Shown here one piece after another: positions 11,006-27,913 of a stretch of DNA of 64,000 nt. The notes under the pieces were generated by a model that saw only the letters and a program-made list of their open reading frames with translations, made no database searches and was not told the DNA's origin. Source of the stretch: Octopus vulgaris (Eukaryota); NCBI GenBank assembly GCA_951406725.2, contig OX597818.1, positions 99,510,001 through 99,574,000 of the forward strand, given 5' to 3'. Both the position numbers and the translations under genes were made by a program. Within the stretch, counting starts at the first letter, position 1. Every line of letters starts with the position of its first letter.

Positions 11006-13679
11006 GCAGCAACAACAGCAGCAGAAGTGGTAGGTCTAATCAGACAGAAATGAAACATGTTGAAAGGCATTCCAGTTATGACCATCCCGTATTTATTGGG
11101 TATATTAAAAAAAAACTACATTTTTTAAAATCCATTCTGTTCTTTTCTTTCCAAAGACAGAGGGTGTGATTTCACGGAGATGCTTGTAGGTTGCGAGGCC
11201 ACGTAGGGAACTGTGATATGAGAACGTAGCCCTCACTGTGTTTGTGTGTGTGTATGCGTGCATGTGTTTGTGTGTGTCTGTGTTTCCTTCAACGTTTGTA
11301 AATGTCTGTGTGCATATCTATGTGTGTCCCAAAAGAAAATTCTTCGGGGTGAATGCAACTGTTTGAATTCCTCCAGAAGAATACATACAAATGTTTAATA
11401 AGCACCGAGTAAAATAGCTAATGCCATGCTTTTGTCGCAAGATGCGTGACCTTTGCCTTGCCATGAAGTAGGCTCTAGAAAAAGTTCAATAGTGATCAGA
11501 GGGTAAGTTTCAGAAAGAGACACACGGATGTCTCCTTATTGATTTACTACGGCTATTTGAAAGCGAAAGGGGCGACCTCAATTAATGGATAAACTTGTAT
11601 ACTTGATAGGATGTCTTCATTAACGGTTAGATGGAAACATAGTTGAGAGCTGAAGGACTAAATACTTGAATCTTCTCAGCTAATATCAATACTGTTTGGC
11701 AACGATAAATAGAATGATACTGTTAGAAGATGCTAAAATCATTATATTGACAAAGGAATATCGAGTAATACTGTAATGATTTAGCCAATATAGCATCCGC
11801 TTTGTTTTATGTGAATACTATTGATTTATATTCATATGTTATCAATATAATTTGAAATTTAAAAAGGAATAACTAAGATGATATCTTTCTGAAGAGAATT
11901 ATAGCTTGTGTTTCCTGCAGCGACAAAGTAGATATCGCTTTTGTCGTAAATAAATAAATAAATTCTGAGAATTAGGAAGAATTTATCTCCAATAATATTC
12001 AGTGTAAATCTCTTCTTTATACCAAATCTGTTTCGGTGTTAAACAATAGACTTGTACAGTAGTTAAATTAGTTCCAATACAGGAAGAATCAAGATGATAA
12101 CTAGAAATATTTATGTGGTGAGGAAAAACAATTTTAGTTAATGAATAATATTAAATTTAGACATGTTTTGTTATCATTGCGAGCTCGTTAGCGTAGCGTT
12201 GTTCTTAATCTATGGCTGAGATATCCGTGAGTCATTTAAACGTATATTGTCTGAAAAACAATTATCTCAATTTGAGAGTCACTGCTGGGTGACTCATTGA
12301 AATGTTAGGTTGTCAACTTTAACATGTATAATTTGTTACTGATTTTACATATTGCATTCAAGACAGTTAACTTGTAACTGCTTGCGTATGTTCAGAACAA
12401 CAGGACCTTCTCCCACCCGACATAACTGAAGCTTGACTTGCGCTACTAAGTTCCAATTTTAACACCCACACTGGCTGAAATGATGCATTCCACATTAAAT
12501 CTGGAAAACTTAGCTGAAAGATAAACTTCACAATACTGTCCTCCATTAACTCTAGCAACCATGTTCAAAGTACTCTTACACACTTGACTTGCTAGTTGAA
12601 ATAGATATCTGAAATTTAATATACGCAGAATAGTATATTTTTAATTATTAATTCAATGTAAGTTATATTTCGGAATCTCATTGAATATTTGCGCCAGAGT
12701 CTAGACATTGAACCATTATAAACCATTATAAATCGTACGAATTGCTTCAACTTTGCTTTCAGCATTTCATTTTAAAAACGTCTTTCACCTGTTTGATCTT
12801 CCATATCCTCCCCTCATTCACTAAAGATATTTTTACCGATATTCCAATCATCTCTTTGCAGTCGATCTAATATCTCACCGTTCCTAATAATATCACTTAT
12901 CCAGTTCGGAATGACTTCACACGCAGAAAAATATCGTAAAAATTTCTCATTCCAAATGATTATGTCTTTAACAATTTCCAATCAATCATTTTGATTTAAA
13001 ATCTACAAAAGCCGACAAGGCTTGCAAAGAAGCTCGATCGAATACCATAAAGCTTTTACCAATGAATAGATGGTTAATCAAAGGCTGATTGGCAAGTAAA
13101 GGTTACAAACGGAGTCATTTGATTGTCAATGAATACGAAGTGTTGTCTACGTAGAGAATAGGATCAAGGAAAATAAATTCAATCGGGTCTTAAGCAGCCT
13201 TAGACATTACAGAAACATTTTATGAGTGGCTCCTGTAGATCATCATAAAAGTCCATGGGTCACTACATATTTCTACATGAGCGTTAATATATTCAAGTCA
13301 ACGCTGGTTCACTCATAAAATATATCACACTATATCAATCACGTATTCACTTATGTACGTAATATTCCTCTTGGTCTACTTCGTCAAAATTTTCTCTTAC
13401 TTTATGGAGGAGAAAAAAGATAAGGAAGGCGAACAAGAAAACTAACCACAATATGTATGAATGTATGCATGCAGGCACGCACGCACACACATACACAAGC
13501 ATATATATATGCTTGTGTGTGTGTGTGTGTGTGTTTGTGCGTGCGTGTATGTGGAGGGGGTCACGCACACAAACATACGTTAATTTTTACAAGTTAGTGA
13601 TTTCCAAGTTTCGCATTCGTCACTAATACCAGACATATGCATACATGCATGCATGAGTAGTCATTTACATATCTACCGG

Positions 13680-14260
13680 CCTACTTGCCTACCAACCTAC
13701 CTACTTACCTACCTACCTACCTACCTACCTACCTACCTACCTACCTACCTACCTACCTACCTACCTACCTACCTACCTTCCTACATACCTACCTACCCAC
13801 CTACCTACATACGACGCCATGATAGATCGTTAGCTCCTACACGCATTTTTTTCTCTCCTTGTTTCTCTCCTTGTTTGTGTATTTTTCTGTCGAAGAGCGT
13901 AGGCTCGAAACGTAAAAGACTTGTTCTATTTCTATTCCTGAGCGCCATACTAATACATTTGTTTGTTTGTACTCCACCTGCCTTCGTCTTTTGTTTATTT
14001 TTGTAAACCTTCCCGTTACATACATACCTACTTACCTACCTACCTACCTACCTACCTACCTACCTACCTACCTACCTACCTACCTACCTACCTACCTACC
14101 TACCTACCTACCTACCTACCTACCTACCTACCTACCTACCTATCTATCTATATACATACATACATACCCACTTACCTACCTATCTACGTACGTACCTACA
14201 TACCTACGTACGTACCTACCTACCTACATAGCTATCTACTTACCTGTCTACCTTACTACT
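13680..14260 (+). repeat. (TACC)n microsatellite interrupted by a ~190 bp insert
   Basis: Long CTAC arrays at 13697-13808 and 14025-14141. Confidence 0.9.
13820..14015 (+). mobile_element. Penelope-like terminal repeat with a variant hammerhead (13882-13918)
   Basis: TTTT-CTGTCGA-A-GAGC GTAG GCTC-GAAA-CG-T-A-AAAG; core position A6 is T; palindromic ACGT stem III. Confidence 0.5.
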
Positions 14261-14294
14261 AACCTATTCCCAATATATATATGTTATATATATA

Positions 14295-14660
14295 TTCTTT
14301 TATTCTTTTATTTGTTTCAGTCCTTTGACGGGCCATGCTGGAACACCTCCTTTTAGTCGAAGAAATTATTATTTGTAAGCCTGGTATTTATGCTACTAAC
14401 ACTACGAAGTTACGAGGATGCAAACACCAGAACCAGTTATGAAGCGGTGATGGGGGAACAAACCCAGACACAAAGACACACACACACATATATAAATACA
14501 CGGCGGCTTCTCTTAGTTTCCGTCTACCAAATCCACTCACATGGCTCTGGTTAACCCGAGACTATAATAGAAAACACTTGCCCAACGTACCACGCAGTAG
14601 GACTGAACACGGAACCATGTAATAATGGGAAACTTCTTACTACACAACAACGCCTGCACC

Positions 14661-14661
<1 letters not shown>
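14295..14661 (-). mobile_element. tRNA-derived SINE family A (CORE-like), near full length
   Basis: Minus-strand head AGGTGCAGGCGTTGTTGTGTAGTAAG...GTTCAGTCC...TTGGGCAAGTG; internal (AC)n; 3' CTGAAACAAATAAAAGAATAAAAG. Confidence 0.85.
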
Positions 14662-14728
<67 letters not shown>

Positions 14729-14736
14729 GGCAGATT

Positions 14737-15420
14737 CATGCTTTGTAGATCATACCTTCAATGCTTGGCTCTGTGTAGTAAATCGTAACTGGGATATTAT
14801 TCCTGTCGCTGTATTTAGAGTTAACGCGAATAGTTTCAGTTGTTCAACGAAGTCATTTTACGTGATCTCAATTTTCCATCTACGAAATAGTGAACGTATT
14901 ACAACTACTGCATTACACACCTTGTTAAAGAAGCTGAAAATTTTTTGTTGAGTCTCGTGAGTATCTATCTGGTTTTCTGGATAATTGGAACAATTTCCTT
15001 GAGGCTGGAACCATCATTGAATATTTTGATATTTAGTTATTTGAAATTCTGTCTTTGCTTCTGTGACGAATTGTAATATAACGTAACATATATATTGGAG
15101 GCATATTCTATCTTTGAAAGATAGTTAAGCTCCCTAGACTGATTCTCATATATACTTTTAATAATGTATTATTTTAATCATGTGTGTATACTACCTATAT
15201 ATACACACATTAGTACATACATACATACATACATACATACACATGCATACATACATACATGCATGCATACATACATACATACATACATACATACATACAT
15301 ACATACATACATACATACATACATACATACATAAAACATACATACATACATACATACATACATACAGCAATCAGCTGTTTGTTGGCTGTAAATGCATCAT
15401 CTAAATATGAGACTATCTAT
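14737..15420 (-). pseudogene. Highly decayed RTE-like LINE reverse transcriptase remnant, split by a (TACA)n array
   Basis: Minus-strand fragments in the expected order: YLDDAFTA (YADD-like), MRISL, PPIY, FNDGSSLKEI, KVCNAVVV, SIEGMIYK; many frameshifts. Confidence 0.5.
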
Positions 15421-17346
15421 GGTGAACTAATGCCGAACTTACAGATCTTTCTTCCAATCACCTTCTTGTCGTCATAGGTGTTTTGCATTTCATAAGAACA
15501 GCTTTACATAACTTGAAATATTAGGGCCTTTCAAGAAACCGACTCGTACCCTGACAATTCAATTGATTAGCGGATTAATGGATTTGTAAACCATTCCAAA
15601 GATTCTCTCTTTAAGTTTTCTCGGCTGAGCATGCACACAAAATCATATGTACTTATTGTGTACACCTACAGACATAAGATATTTACGCATGATAATATAC
15701 CTTAAAGACATTTACATTCACTAAAAGATTCCATGTACATATATGTATGTACTCATTAACCCAACCACGTAATCAAAAACCCGTTCAACTTTTTGATTAA
15801 TAAGGAACCAGAAACACCCCATCTCTTTATTAGTGATTATTTTAAATTCTACGCAGACGAACTTAAGTATGTCTCAAAGGCAAAATACTCGTGTGTGTTC
15901 CCACACACCCGATCATTTGTGAATATTTTTCCGCGTGATTTTCCTTTGCAAGTGCTGCAGAGTGTAAAAGGTAAAAAAAAAAAAATGAAAGATCAGCTAA
16001 AAATAAAAGATCAAAAGACTAGCTGAAAAACAATTCAATTATTTATCTTTCCAAAGCAACCATTCCAACCATAGCTGCAATAAGAATCACATCAAAAATC
16101 CGCAACCATTCCGACTGCACCAGTTACATACAGCATGTTTACACTGAAGTAGATATTACGTGACCTGTCGTTCATTAATGTAGTAAAAACCCATGAAATT
16201 GTTGATAGTACGCTGTACCGACAATATTGCAACCACAATTTTCCCCGACATCATCAATGTGATTGTAAACCATTCCAATGTCTTCAATTTCATTCCATTG
16301 CCTGTACATATAGCCTTGTCTCATTTATAATTGTCAACAATACAAAGCAACCAATCCGACATTTTGGAATGTAATTTTCTTCTTCTTTGTTATGGATCTT
16401 TGCTCTTGTTTCCTATGTCGTTTCATTAATTCCTTCTAGCTTTTAATTGAGTCATGATTTCGAATAATTTTTCGGGCTGTTGTTTCTTAATGAAACAAAC
16501 AGAAACTGCATCGGTAATGAATAAATGATGGAACATTTTTATTATTCATGTATTTATTGAGTTTCTAAAGCGGTAAGCGCGGTAGAGAACCGAACTAAAT
16601 AAACTGCCGTAATTAGTTTCATATCTTAACATTGTAAGTACGACTCCAACCATGATTAACTATGTCCATCATCCCAATGGAATTAAGAAAGCATGGACTT
16701 ATGTTATATTGAGTTCGTGGAAAAGCCATTATTTATTTAATGTTTTCAAAAACAACCACTGATTAGACTGTGTGCAGGTTGCATTTTATTCAAACTGTTG
16801 AAGGTTTGCATGCCTTTTTTTTTATTGGAAGAGATCAAAGAAACGAGTAAAATGGAATATAGTCATGAAAAAGAAGATACTTTAAACGTAATCGCATTAA
16901 TTGGAGAATAGAAAAAAAGTTGATGTTTGATAAATTGAATATATAATTGCTATGTAGCCCTAGTCTAATTAAATGTAAGTAGCAGTGGCATAAAAATATA
17001 ACTGGCTCTGGCTACGGTCAACGTCAGATGAATTCTGTTAATGCTAAATATATGAAATACGTATTTAGCCTTGCACTGTAAAATACCCTACTTGACTACG
17101 GAGGATTAAGTGCTAAGAATGAATAAATAAGCAAGGAGGGTGCAGTTATAGACAGACAATTAGACACTGAATATATATCAATATAATGATCTTCAAGTCA
17201 CATTGTATCCACCAAGTCTAATTAAGTCATCACCCCGATTATCTTCCCTTATTCTTTTCTGTCACGTATTAGGATCCTATTTGTGTTTTCTGTACGACGG
17301 TGTTGCACTGTGCTCATGACCAAAATACTTATTCAAATATTTAGTA

Positions 17347-17900
17347 CATTTATCCCCTGCCATATGGCGGTTCACCCATCGCGCACTCAGAACATTGCGG
17401 TTCATAAATCGCGCACTCAGAACATCGCGGTTCATAAATCGCGCACTCATTACATCGTGGATTTTTCTGGCTAATATATGTAAATTTATACCACAAACTC
17501 CTCAGTATATCGCGGGTTTCTGCGGATGAGAGGTATTTATATTTTTTAGATTTTAATTATTTCTGTGGTAAAATAAGCATTTTCACACATAAAAATTAAG
17601 AAACTGGTAAGTAAAAATACAGTACAGTACTGCACTATGAAACACATTAATCAAAATATATTAACAGAAAATACGTACTGTACTGTAGATGAGTAAACAA
17701 AGAATCGCACATACTGTACGGAAAACGAAACTAGGGAGGCGAGTGTGTGATGTTGTTTTGCATTTATAATAAAATAAATATATACAGATTATAGAAACGA
17801 TAAAAAATACATACAGTACAGTACTGTTTCTACTTCGAAGATTTTCACCTATCGCGGGAGGTTTTGGAACGTATCACCTGCGACAGTCGAGGGATTACTG
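17347..17900. mobile_element. Tigger/pogo-like MITE with an internal 30-bp tandem repeat
   Basis: Right end GTCGAGGGATTACTG; degenerate left end TA|CATTTATCCCCTG; three copies of GCGGTTCATAAATCGCGCACTCAGAACATC at 17367-17456; CAGTACAGTACTG motifs. Confidence 0.55.
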
Positions 17901-18349
17901 TGTATTTAGAGATAAACAGATACCTGAAGCTGGTAAATCCGTTCCTGGCACCAACGGAAGCGCAGTGAAATTCATTCGTAAGCTTTTAGTGCCCAGTTCG
18001 TATCGTCTTTATATAATTTGGAGAGGTATTGGCTTTCAGAAATTAACTTCTCTTCAATGTACTGAACTGAAAAATGAGTCTTCGGTGGTGCCTGCCCCTT
18101 TGAATTAATGGATTTTTTTGGGAAGTATTAGATAGAATTCTTGGGTAAGTATTTAATCAACAACTTATTTGCTCTTGTTATCTGTCCCAGCAGTCACTGG
18201 CAATATAACACTTAAAATGTTCACATACCGAAGAGAATACGATATAAAAGATTCGATTGCTTTCTCATATCAAACAAAAACAAGCAAAGAAATTGGTGTG
18301 TCTATTCGAAAGATTTATCTTTCTACTTTCAAATATAAAAATAGTATTT

Positions 18350-20870
<2,521 letters not shown>

Positions 20871-21949
20871 TATGTGTGTATTCGTGTCTATGTTTGTATC
20901 TTTGTGTGTTTAATGATTTCTAAAAATTTCTGAGAAATATCGACAGTGGTAAAGCACTAAGAGGAAGACGGGAATTGTACAAGCAAGGGAAAGCGGTATT
21001 TATAATGTCAGTGTTGCTAAGAGAGAAACTACCCGCTTCTGTTTTTAGTTTAATCACTTCCGCTATGATTTCCTCTCAACAGTCAGTTAATATTGTCCAT
21101 TAACACAACGCGTGCCATTTTTATATGCATTGCTATATTTATAATATGTGTATCTTTCTTTCAACATATCTGCCCTAACCATTTGTTTGTGTGTAGGTAC
21201 ACTACTCTTTCTGTCTCAAGAATATGGACTTCAAGCTTTGAGAATTAAACAAAAGTGTATGACTCAATACCTACAAATTACTTTAAATATTTAAATATGA
21301 ATCGAACCTATATAATAGAAAGCTACACTTCACTTATTACGTTTATCGATATTTCATTCATGTTTTTATCTGATTATAATTTTGTCTGTCACTCCGCTAC
21401 TTAGCCAGTCCGTAACGCTTCCATTTGATTAGTTGAAGGGGAGGGGAGGAGAGATAGGGAGAATAGAGGGAAGGGTGGAGGGAGAGGTGGTGGTAAGTTA
21501 AATGTGTAATCTTTTAAAATTAATTTTGTTTTGCTCCGTTACGCAGCCCGTCTATAATGCCTTAATGTGATTAGTTGAAGGGAAAGGCGAAGTGCGAAAG
21601 AAAAAGGAGCAAGAAAAGGAGGGTAAGGTGAGGAGTGAGAGAGGAAGATGGTGAGCGTTGTGTATTAAATCTATAAAATTGTGTATAAAGTGTATGACGT
21701 GTATATATAAAGTGCAATAAGTAATTATCGTATTCTAATTATCTTCGCTTTTCAATGATTAACAGATGAACGATAATCTTTTGATACAGACACAACACAG
21801 GTTTCAGGTTTCTTGGATAAAGTTTTCAGAAATGACCCAATACGTTTTCCATTAATTCAGTGAAATATTCACGGGGCCTACTTGTTATATCTTGTTTACG
21901 ATATGACGGGTGTTGTTTTTATTGTTTCACTCTATGTCAGCCACAATGT

Positions 21950-22197
21950 GTGGAGGCACGTGGCTTAGTGGTTAGGGTGTCAGCATCACGACCGTAAGAT
22001 TTTGGCTTCGATTCCTGGACCGGGCGATGCGTTGTGTTCTTGAGCAAAACACTTCATTTCACGTTGCTCCAGTCCACTCAGGTGGCAAAAATGAGTAACG
22101 CTGCGATGGTCCAGCTGGGGAACACATACGCCAAAGAAACCGGGAAACCAGGCCTATGAGCCTGGTTAGGCTTTAAAAGTGTGCATTTATTATTATT
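21950..22197 (+). mobile_element. tRNA-derived SINE family C
   Basis: GTGGAGGCACGTGGCTTAGTGGTTAGG (A box) ... GGCTTCGATTCC (B box), CTTGAGCAAAACACTT, (TTA)n tail. Confidence 0.8.
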
Positions 22198-22999
22198 TTA
22201 TGTCAGCCATAATAGAGCAAGCTTCGATCAAAGTCATTCTAGCTTCGACCATCCCGTCAAAATACTACATCATGCTAAAAGTTCTCTTTTAAAACCGTTT
22301 GGTATGTTATGAAGTACATTTGGTAGCTGTTTTTAATAGGTTAAGCTCCTCGCTAATTAAATTTCAAACTGTATTTCTCTGCCATTCACCCGAAATATTA
22401 AGACCTTGTTGCTGTAGTTTTGAGCGGGTAGCGATATATTTTGCCTCAAACTATGTCCAATCTAAAATAATCTTTTTGAATATAAAATATTGTCAGTTGA
22501 TAAAGCATGAGATCATCCGATCCGTAATATAATATTTATTATTTTCTAGACAATGAGCTCCAATTTTAAAAGAAAGCGATGTCCAGTGATTATCTTCTCG
22601 GTTCTGTAGGTAAAAATTGTTTCAAATAAAGCCTTGAAATGTTTCCTTTCAATTCATCATTCTAAAAATATTGACGGGGTATCTTCGATATCTAACGATG
22701 AAAATACTGGTGTTTGATCAACTGAATTATCCCCTCGTGATTATTTCCCAGACATGCATAACTTTAGCATAATTCTTTGGCGGAAGCAGTATGAATGAGG
22801 GTGTCATAATGCTGTACATTTAGGGTTACAATCTACCCAATGGGCTTCTAAACAGTTTCCGTCTACCCCAAACTCTGAGGTATTCGAGCTGTTCCAAAGA
22901 GTGCTGTTTTCTGCAAGCTCTTCATCTGTATTGCAATCCCTGTTATTGTTGTTATCATCACCATCATCATCATCATCATCATTGAGCAATAGCGAAGTT

Positions 23000-23045
23000 G
23001 AGTGGCAGGATCAGAAGAGTGCTGAAGCGAGTGCTACACACTATA

Positions 23046-23093
<48 letters not shown>

Positions 23094-23126
23094 CACACAC
23101 AAGCGCACACACACATATATGCATAT

Positions 23127-23183
<57 letters not shown>

Positions 23184-23214
23184 TACATACATATATGTAT
23201 ATATGCATATATAT

Positions 23215-23247
<33 letters not shown>

Positions 23248-23253
23248 CATATA

Positions 23254-23301
<48 letters not shown>

Positions 23302-23582
23302 TATATGTATATATTCATATATACATGTATATATATGTATAAATAGTAACAGCATAGTGCTTTCTGTATTAAAACCTATTGGAGATCCGTTTCAATTTTC
23401 ATCTTTCCGGTGTCAATAAATACGTACGAATTTCCTAATGTAGCCAGTATAATCGATTATACGCCACCTATATCTGTGGCCTTGTTCCTAAATTAGAAAT
23501 AATAGCGATACTGCTACCACCACCACAACCACCACCACAACAACCACCACCACCACCACCACCACCACCACTACCACCACTT

Positions 23583-23627
<45 letters not shown>

Positions 23628-23630
23628 AAT
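23000..23630. repeat. (TA)n/(TATG)n field followed by (CAC)n(TAC)n
   Basis: Direct reading. Confidence 0.9.
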
Positions 23631-23846
23631 TCCTTTCTATGTAAATTAAATCTTATTCAGTGTTACCATTTTTTTAATACTTAGGCATCAGCTTTTCAAT
23701 TTCATTGCACCTCACCTGTTAGCACCTACAGGTGTAAAATCTAGATTGCCGTCTCTGGTTGAGAGCCGAATGCAACTCGATTAAATTAAAGGGAAACCAA
23801 ATAGTAGTAGTAATAATAATAATAATAATAATAATAATGATAATGT

Positions 23847-24490
23847 CAAATTTTCCTTCTCAAGTGAAACTTGAAAAAGTTGACGAGGGCTTGGCCAAAG
23901 AGGAAAGTATCTGAATTTAACCCTTTCAAACAATTCCACTATATTACCTCTTTTGCTATAGCCACCAGACAAATGAAAATTGCCAGCCACTCCCGATTAA
24001 AGGAGGCCTGCGGAACAATCTTCCCCGTGGATTCAGCTGATCCGTCCTACACCCAACTGCAGCTGTTCGCCATAAACCCATAGGTCAGCAGTGCTCGGGC
24101 ACTGGATGAGTGCGTTCAGAACGGTTTCGTCGCTCTGAGCGCACCACGGGAAGGCCCGGCTAAAGGACACTTCCGTGCCCGTAAAGTTTATCTCGAACAG
24201 CAGCGCCCCGGGGTAACACTGCTAGGCGAGGGATTTCTGGAAGTTATCCATAGGCCCCGGCCCGAAAGTTCTTCGAAACAGACCAGTAAGTTGATCCCCG
24301 TTGACGCCTGGAGTTTCCCGAGAACGTCGTCGCGCTTTTCCTTCACAAACCCTCTATAGAACGCCAGTGTGGAACTACTACCGATCTCATTGCCCGACTG
24401 TGGGAGGGTTGTGGGTGCTTGACAGCACTCGAGGTGTCAAGCGCCCTTCCTCGGTCTAGGCCTATTGGCCAACAGGGCCAACATATAGGG
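23847..24490 (-). mobile_element. Decayed internal fragment of the same Tx1/L1-like LINE family as 9049-10075
   Basis: Minus strand TTCTATAGAGGG...ACTTTCGGGCCGGGGCCTATGGATAACTTCCAGAAATCCCT...CAGAGCGACGAAACCGTTCTG aligns to 9050-9570; has stops and frameshifts. Confidence 0.85.
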
Positions 24491-24659
24491 GACAATACAG
24501 TGGACAGTGGTGGGGTTTTACATAAAACAACGATAATCTGTAACAGCAGCAAATAAAGATAAAATATCTCAGGGTATTCTCATCGCCACTAACATTTTAC
24601 TTCGGTCAATATCCCAATCTTCGTCATCACCATCATAATCCACGCCATTGCAAAAGCAA

Positions 24660-24945
24660 ACCTCAGCAACTACTGGACGTGGAAGAACTTCCACATAATC
24701 GGTAACCTGCTTAAAATAACATCTAAATCACCTTCAAAATCAGACTCAACAGACTTTAAAAGAAAGGCAGGAAACGTTGAATAGTGTAGTCCTAAAAGCA
24801 TTAGAACTGGAAACGAAATAATAATAAAAATGTTAAAAAAAAATGGGATGGTTCTAGCTAGAACGCCTTTGATCATAGTTCTTGTTCAATCAGAGTTGAC
24901 CTTTGCTCAACAGTAGCAACAGCAACGGCAGCAACAACAACAAAA
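24660..24945 (+). mobile_element. Old dispersed retroposon-like repeat ending in (CAA)n; similar decayed copies near 120-300, 34330-34520, 48790-48980 (+) and 11030-11210, 33430-33660, 35300-35525 (-)
   Basis: Shared motifs CTAGAAATA..CAAA, GATAATGTAGT, GGGATGG...GAA.GCCTTTGATCATA...TCAGAG(C/T)TGAC, then a CAA tail. Confidence 0.5.
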
Positions 24946-25082
24946 CAACACCATTAACAACAATAACGACAGTTACCTTAACGACCAGAAAACAACTACG
25001 GTTATCACTAACGCTAACGTCGTCTCTATAATCATTGCTGTCTTCATCGTCATTAATTTTAAGGCTACCTACCACCATGCAC

Positions 25083-25468
25083 ATCCCACACCACCACTAC
25101 TACTACTACCACCACCACCACCACCGCCGCCACCACCGCCGCCACCACCACCACCACAATCACCACAATTGCCACCACCGCCGATAATAATAATAATGAT
25201 GATGATGATGATGATGATAACAATAACGGCAAGAATACAATCATAAAATTGAAAATTAGCATCGACTTCAGTCATTAATGTTATCATTAACACAAGCACC
25301 GCCACCACCGCTCTATCATCATTATTACCATGACCATCAGCACCGACACTTCCACCACCACCGCCACTATCATCATCGTCATCATTATCATCATCACAAC
25401 CACCACCACCACCACCACCAGCACCATCATTATCGTCATCGTCGTCGTCATCGTCGTCATCGTCATCG

Positions 25469-25538
<70 letters not shown>

Positions 25539-25620
25539 CATCATCATCATCATCATCAGTATCAGCATTAACAACGTTAGCAATAACAGCACAGCAGCAG
25601 CAGTAGCAGCACTAACGTCG
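25083..25620. repeat. Trinucleotide low-complexity field (CAC, CAT, GAT, CGT)
   Basis: Direct reading; longest pure run is (CAT)n at about 25470-25558. Confidence 0.9.
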
Positions 25621-26130
25621 CCGTCTTTGTCGTTATCGTCATGTTTGAAGAAGTTGAACACGACTAAAAATCCATCCCTCGATACAAACAACAAAAATAA
25701 CGCTATTAATATGTTATTAGGGGTTTGTTCATCTGGAATTTTTTTCCCCATGTTTTCCAACGCTTTTGCGATAATTGCCGCTCATCAATTATGCAGTGGT
25801 TCATAATGTTGACGCTGTAGGCAGCAGGAACAATGCATAATTGACGAGTGTTTCATTAGCTTGTAGTGTTAAATTCAACTCCCATGAATGGGATGTCTTG
25901 GACGGGTATGGGCTGTAACAGTCTGAGTGCCATTGGCCTTTTGTTGGTGTCCTTATGTTCTTATGATCCAGCGGGTTGTTACGAGACCTGGACGTTATGT
26001 TACGGACTTGTGTTTGACTTTCAGAAAGGCTACCTTCTAGATTTTTTTTAAAATACTGATTTGTTTTGAGGTAAGCACGAAACAAAGAGAAAATTGACTG
26101 ACATGCATACACACACACATAAATGCATAC

Positions 26131-26161
<31 letters not shown>

Positions 26162-26242
26162 CACACATACATATATATACATGCATGCATGCATACATAT
26201 ATATACACATATACACACATGTACATATGTATATATATATAA

Positions 26243-26605
26243 CTTTTATTATTTTATTTGTTTCAGTCATTTGACTGCCGCTATACTGGAACACCGCATT
26301 TAGTCGAACGAATCGACCCCAGGACTAATTCTTTGTATACCAACAACTTATTCTAATGCTTATCATTTCCGAACCGCTAAGTAATGGGGACGTAAACACA
26401 CCAAACATCGGTTGTCAAGTGACAACGGGGGAAACACACGCACACATACACACATACACGACAGGCGTCTACCAAATCCACTCACAAAGCTTTGGTCGGC
26501 CCGAGGCTATAGTTGAAGATACTTGCCCAAGGTGCTACGCAGTGGGACAGAACCCGGAACCATGTGGTTGGGAAGTAAGCTTCTTACCACACAGCCACTC
26601 CTGTG

Positions 26606-26608
<3 letters not shown>
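26243..26608 (-). mobile_element. tRNA-derived SINE family A
   Basis: Head AGGCACAGGAGTGGCTGTGTGGTAAG...GGTTCCGGGTTCTGTCCC...CCTTGGGCAAGT; same body and tail as other copies. Confidence 0.85.
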
Positions 26609-26661
<53 letters not shown>

Positions 26662-26664
<3 letters not shown>

Positions 26665-27039
26665 CGGCACTCCGTCGTTTACGACGACGCAGGTTCCAGT
26701 TGATTTAATCAACAGAACAGCCTGCTCGTGAAGTTAACATGCAAGTGGCTGAGCACTTCATAGACACGCGTACCCTTAACATAATTCTCGGGGAGATTCA
26801 GCGTGACACACATCGTGACAAGGCTGGCTCTTTGAAATACAGGTACAACAGAAACAGGATGAAAGAGTGAGAGAAAGTTGTGGTGAAAGAATACAGCCGG
26901 GTTCACCACGCCCCCCTGCTGGAGTCTCGTGGAGCTTTAGGTGTGTTCGCTCAATAAACACTTACAATGCTCGGTCTGGGAATCGGAAACGCGATCCTAT
27001 GACCTCGAGTCTGCTGCCCTAACCACTGGGCCCTTGCAC

Positions 27040-27045
<6 letters not shown>
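26662..27045 (-). mobile_element. tRNA(Arg)-like-derived SINE family D
   Basis: Minus head GTAGAGGTGCAAGGGCCCAGTGGTTAGGGCAGCAGACTCGAGG...TTCCGATTCCC with A/B boxes and TCG at the anticodon position. Confidence 0.75.
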
Positions 27046-27082
<37 letters not shown>

Positions 27083-27131
27083 CACACACTCATATATAAT
27101 TATATATAAATATATATGTATTATATATAAT

Positions 27132-27190
<59 letters not shown>

Positions 27191-27349
27191 GTATATGTAT
27201 ATGTATATATATATGTATATATATATATACATGCATACCCAACATATATCTCTGTGTGTATATGGACGTGTGCGCGTGTGTACATATACACACACAAACA
27301 TTCAATATCATTAACTATTTCAATATTTATTCAGAACTAAAGCATATCA

Positions 27350-27913
27350 CAGCCGGTTATCAAAAACAATGTCTGCTCGACGGAATTCTTCCACACATCT
27401 TTAAACAGGAACATAGGCTTAATTTAGACGGCTACGTGAATCTGTTGAAGACTGGTCAAAACCCTAGTTAGAGAGGGTTGCTGCTGGATGACTATATGTG
27501 TGGCAGCAGGATTCGGCTCTTTTCCAACCCACCAGAAAAAGTCAAGTTGTTGTCAGAGTTTCTCTACTACTTCACCAGTCTTAATTTCTGGCCTTCTAGT
27601 TGCTCCAATTGTAATCTCATGTGTCACGATCGAGAAAAACACCAACCGCTCTGCCTGCTACACCACTAGCGAGCTGATGGCCAAGATTAAGGAGGTGTTC
27701 GAATATATTCTCACGGACACGATGAGGAATGCATGGGTCAGGCTTCGAAACCGCTTGGGGCCTTGGTAGAAGCTGAGGACAGCTACTTTGAGTAAACTGT
27801 TAATCCTCAGCCATAACCTAGTTAATGTTTTTTGATTTTTTTTCAAGTACTTTTATTTTTCGATAGAATGTTGTGATTTCTTTTATGCAAGCAAATTTAG
27901 CCTGAACACCCCG
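27350..27913 (+). mobile_element. Decayed IS630-Tc1-mariner DNA transposon, 3' part (DDxD catalytic C-terminus, maT/DD37D-like by resemblance)
   Basis: Frameshifted fragments PHIFKQ..LN.DGYV.LL, YVWQQDSA, NFWPSSCSNCNLM (WPP.SPD.NP-like), ELMAKIKEVF, VEAEDSYFE* (stop near 27794); candidate TIR GCAAATTTAGCCTGAACACCCC. Confidence 0.8.

Noticed and set aside
17367-17456. 30-bp repeats superficially like a CRISPR array
   Set aside because: Head-to-tail with no spacers, inside a MITE, in eukaryotic DNA
21950-22025. tRNA gene candidates (also 26970-27045 and 1-116)
   Set aside because: A/B boxes are present but the cloverleaf stems are broken and each continues into a SINE body
25065-25806. Poly-His, poly-Met, poly-Ile and poly-Gly ORFs
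   Set aside because: Trinucleotide repeats open in several frames on both strands; no splice context or domain
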